From Octopus sinensis (Eukaryota): a stretch of 23,482 bases of DNA. A program made the translations under genes and the position numbers. The notes under the pieces are model-generated. The model saw nothing but the letters and a program-made list of their open reading frames with translations. It made no database searches and was not told the origin of the DNA. The DNA lies in the NCBI RefSeq assembly GCF_006345805.1, contig NW_021836579.1, positions 1 through 23,482 of the forward strand. Reading direction: 5' to 3'. Shown in pieces: positions 21,705-23,482 of this stretch; the stretch's first letter is position 1, and each line of letters starts with the position of its first letter.

Positions 21705-21921
21705 TTTCAAAATGAAAAATGGCTAAAAAACCCACGAAAGTTTTGAAAGTTTTTTTTGTAATTTCGCCCATACAGGGGCGGAATTCTACGTGAATAATTC
21801 TCAGGTTTTTAGTGAATGAATTTGCACAACGATTAAAACAAATATTTGACAACAAGGAGTTTTTAAACATGTAAAAGTGGCAACTTACTTGGAGCCGATA
21901 TGACTAGCGTCCGTCCATTGT

Positions 21922-21981
21922 GGAGATAGAAGACAGATAGATAGATAGATAGATGGATAGATAGATAGATAGATAGATAGA

Positions 21982-22013
<32 letters not shown>

Positions 22014-22186
22014 GTAGGTAGATAGATAGATAGAATAGATAGATAGATAGGTAGATAGATAGATAGAGATATATAGATGATATAGATAGATAGATAGATA
22101 GTAGATAGATAGATAGATAGAAGATGATAGATGCTAGATAGATAGATAGATAGGTTAGGTAGATAATAGATAGATAATAGATAGAA
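21922..22186. repeat. (GATA)n spacer between copies 2 and 3
   Basis: Read directly, ~265 bp, imperfect, contains GGTAGGTA. Confidence 0.95.
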
Positions 22187-23482
22187 ACTTTCTTTTATTA
22201 GCCACACGGGCTGAATACAGAGGGGAACAATACAAAATGCAGAGCTTTCTTTTCGAGGTGGAAAAAAATAAAAAATGTAAGTTTGCGATCAAGGGATCGA
22301 AGGAGAAAAAAAAGGAAAAAAGGAAAATCCGTGTATCACAGAAATAATGGTGTTAAAACATTGATATAACAAGAATTGGGTTCATCCGTGGAAGAAAAGC
22401 CTACAGAAAAGACCACGGAACCCCAGTCAGGGAGGAAATAAACACATGAGGTCAAAAATGCTCTCTTTCTTTCTTTTTTACGATCTACAGGATCATGCTC
22501 AAAATGGTTTCGTTACTAGCACGCACCATCTTTGCACATTCACCCATCTTTTTTGAATTTTTCGCGAGACAAAAACTTCCCTCTCCATTCTCACCTTCCT
22601 TTTCAAGTGGTACTTGAAAAAGTTGATGAGCGATTGCCAGAGAGAAGTGTTTGTCTCTAATCCTTTCGCTCGAGTCCACCACACACTTTCTTTCACCATG
22701 GCCACCAGTACGATGAAACTGCCTTGCCTTCCCGGTTGAGGGAAGGGGGGGTTGGAGCAATTCTCACGATAGACTCGGCCGATAGGCGGATTCGTCCCCA
22801 ACGTGACAGCAGCCGTTCGGCATAAGCCCACAGGTCGGAAATGGTTTGGACATTGCACGAGTGCGTGCAGAACGGTTTCGTCGCTCTGACCGCATCTCGG
22901 GCAAGTCGGTCCAGTGTGTCTGGAACCGTGTCTGTAGAGCTTATCCCGAACAGGTAATGCTTCTCGATAGCACTGCCAGGCCAGGGATCTTTGGTGATTG
23001 TTCATAGGTCCCGGCCCGAAAGTTGTCCTGAACAGGCGGGTCAGGTGTTCCTCGTCGACGCCCAGACTCTGCCCGAGTTCGTCGTCGCACCTCCCCCCAC
23101 TAATCCTCTATAGAATGCCTTTGTTGTGATGGAGTCGCACAAGTTCGATCCCGGACGGCAGAGTTGCTTGAGAGCAACGCGACACTCGCGGTGCCATTCG
23201 CCTAGCCTCGTCTCTGCTTGATCCATGACTGTAGTTCGTCAAGGAGACGACCTGCGCTGGGAAAGCGCGCCGCACAAAAAGCGACCACCCCTTTCACCGT
23301 TGGTCTATGAAGCGCCGAGATGTCGCAGTCTCAGCGCATGTCTGCGCATCATCACCACGGCATGCCCAGCCCTCCATTTAGCGGGTGTTGGCAGCAAATG
23401 GATCGTCTAACCATCGGAACGTTTCCCTTCCACAAGAAGCGGAAGAGTATGCGTTCCAGTTTGGTGATGGTAGGGTCGGGAC
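22187..23482 (-). mobile_element. Copy 3: 3' UTR and ORF2 C-terminus of a diverged member of the same Tx1-like family; runs off the window
   Basis: ORF2 fragments (RSLAWQCYREALPVRDKLY, CPRCGQSDETVLHALVQC, WWTRAKGLETNT) end at stop 22485. The 3' end CCCGTGTGGCTAATAAAAGAAA runs into (TATC)n. Confidence 0.9.

Larger units (their letters stand above)
15873..21921 (-). mobile_element. Full-length L1/Tx1-clade retrotransposon, copy 2
   Basis: Colinear with and nearly identical to copy 1, with the same 5' start (ACAATGGACGGACGCTAGTC) and the same 3' end. Confidence 0.95.

Noticed and set aside
9689-21921. LTR retrotransposon, or CRISPR-like repeat-spacer reading of the array
   Set aside because: The repeats are whole 6-kb units with APE-RT. 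There is no integrase, protease, LTR, PBS, short spacer array or cas gene.
9298-22186. Telomere-like role for the array
   Set aside because: No TTAGGG repeats and no evidence of a chromosome end in this window. The analogy to telomeric retrotransposon arrays is structural only.

Overview
Repeat-dense, AT-rich eukaryotic DNA with no recognisable host gene. It is probably from an octopus (an inference from the tRNA-derived SINE family and the microsatellite load). The right 14 kb is a head-to-tail array of an L1/Tx1-clade non-LTR retrotransposon on the minus strand: two full-length ~6.05 kb copies (ORF1 with a CCHC knuckle; ORF2 with APE, RT and CCHC) and the 3' part of a third, more diverged copy. 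Every visible end abuts (GATA)n/(TATC)n, there is no terminal poly(A), and a ~36-bp orphan 3' tip sits in the upstream GATA tract, which points to a (GATA)n-targeting retrotransposon. Its last ~45 nt also form the 3' tail of a tRNA-derived SINE family and of a TSD-flanked 435-bp insertion in the left part of the window, suggesting a SINE-LINE partnership with a Tx1-type element. The left part also holds a decayed full-length R4/Dong-like RLE retrotransposon ending in (TAA)n, and two ~560-575 bp non-coding elements, each embedded in its own microsatellite ((ATT)n and (CATA)n). Scattered indels in the Tx1 copies look like long-read consensus error, so frameshifts and copy number need checking.
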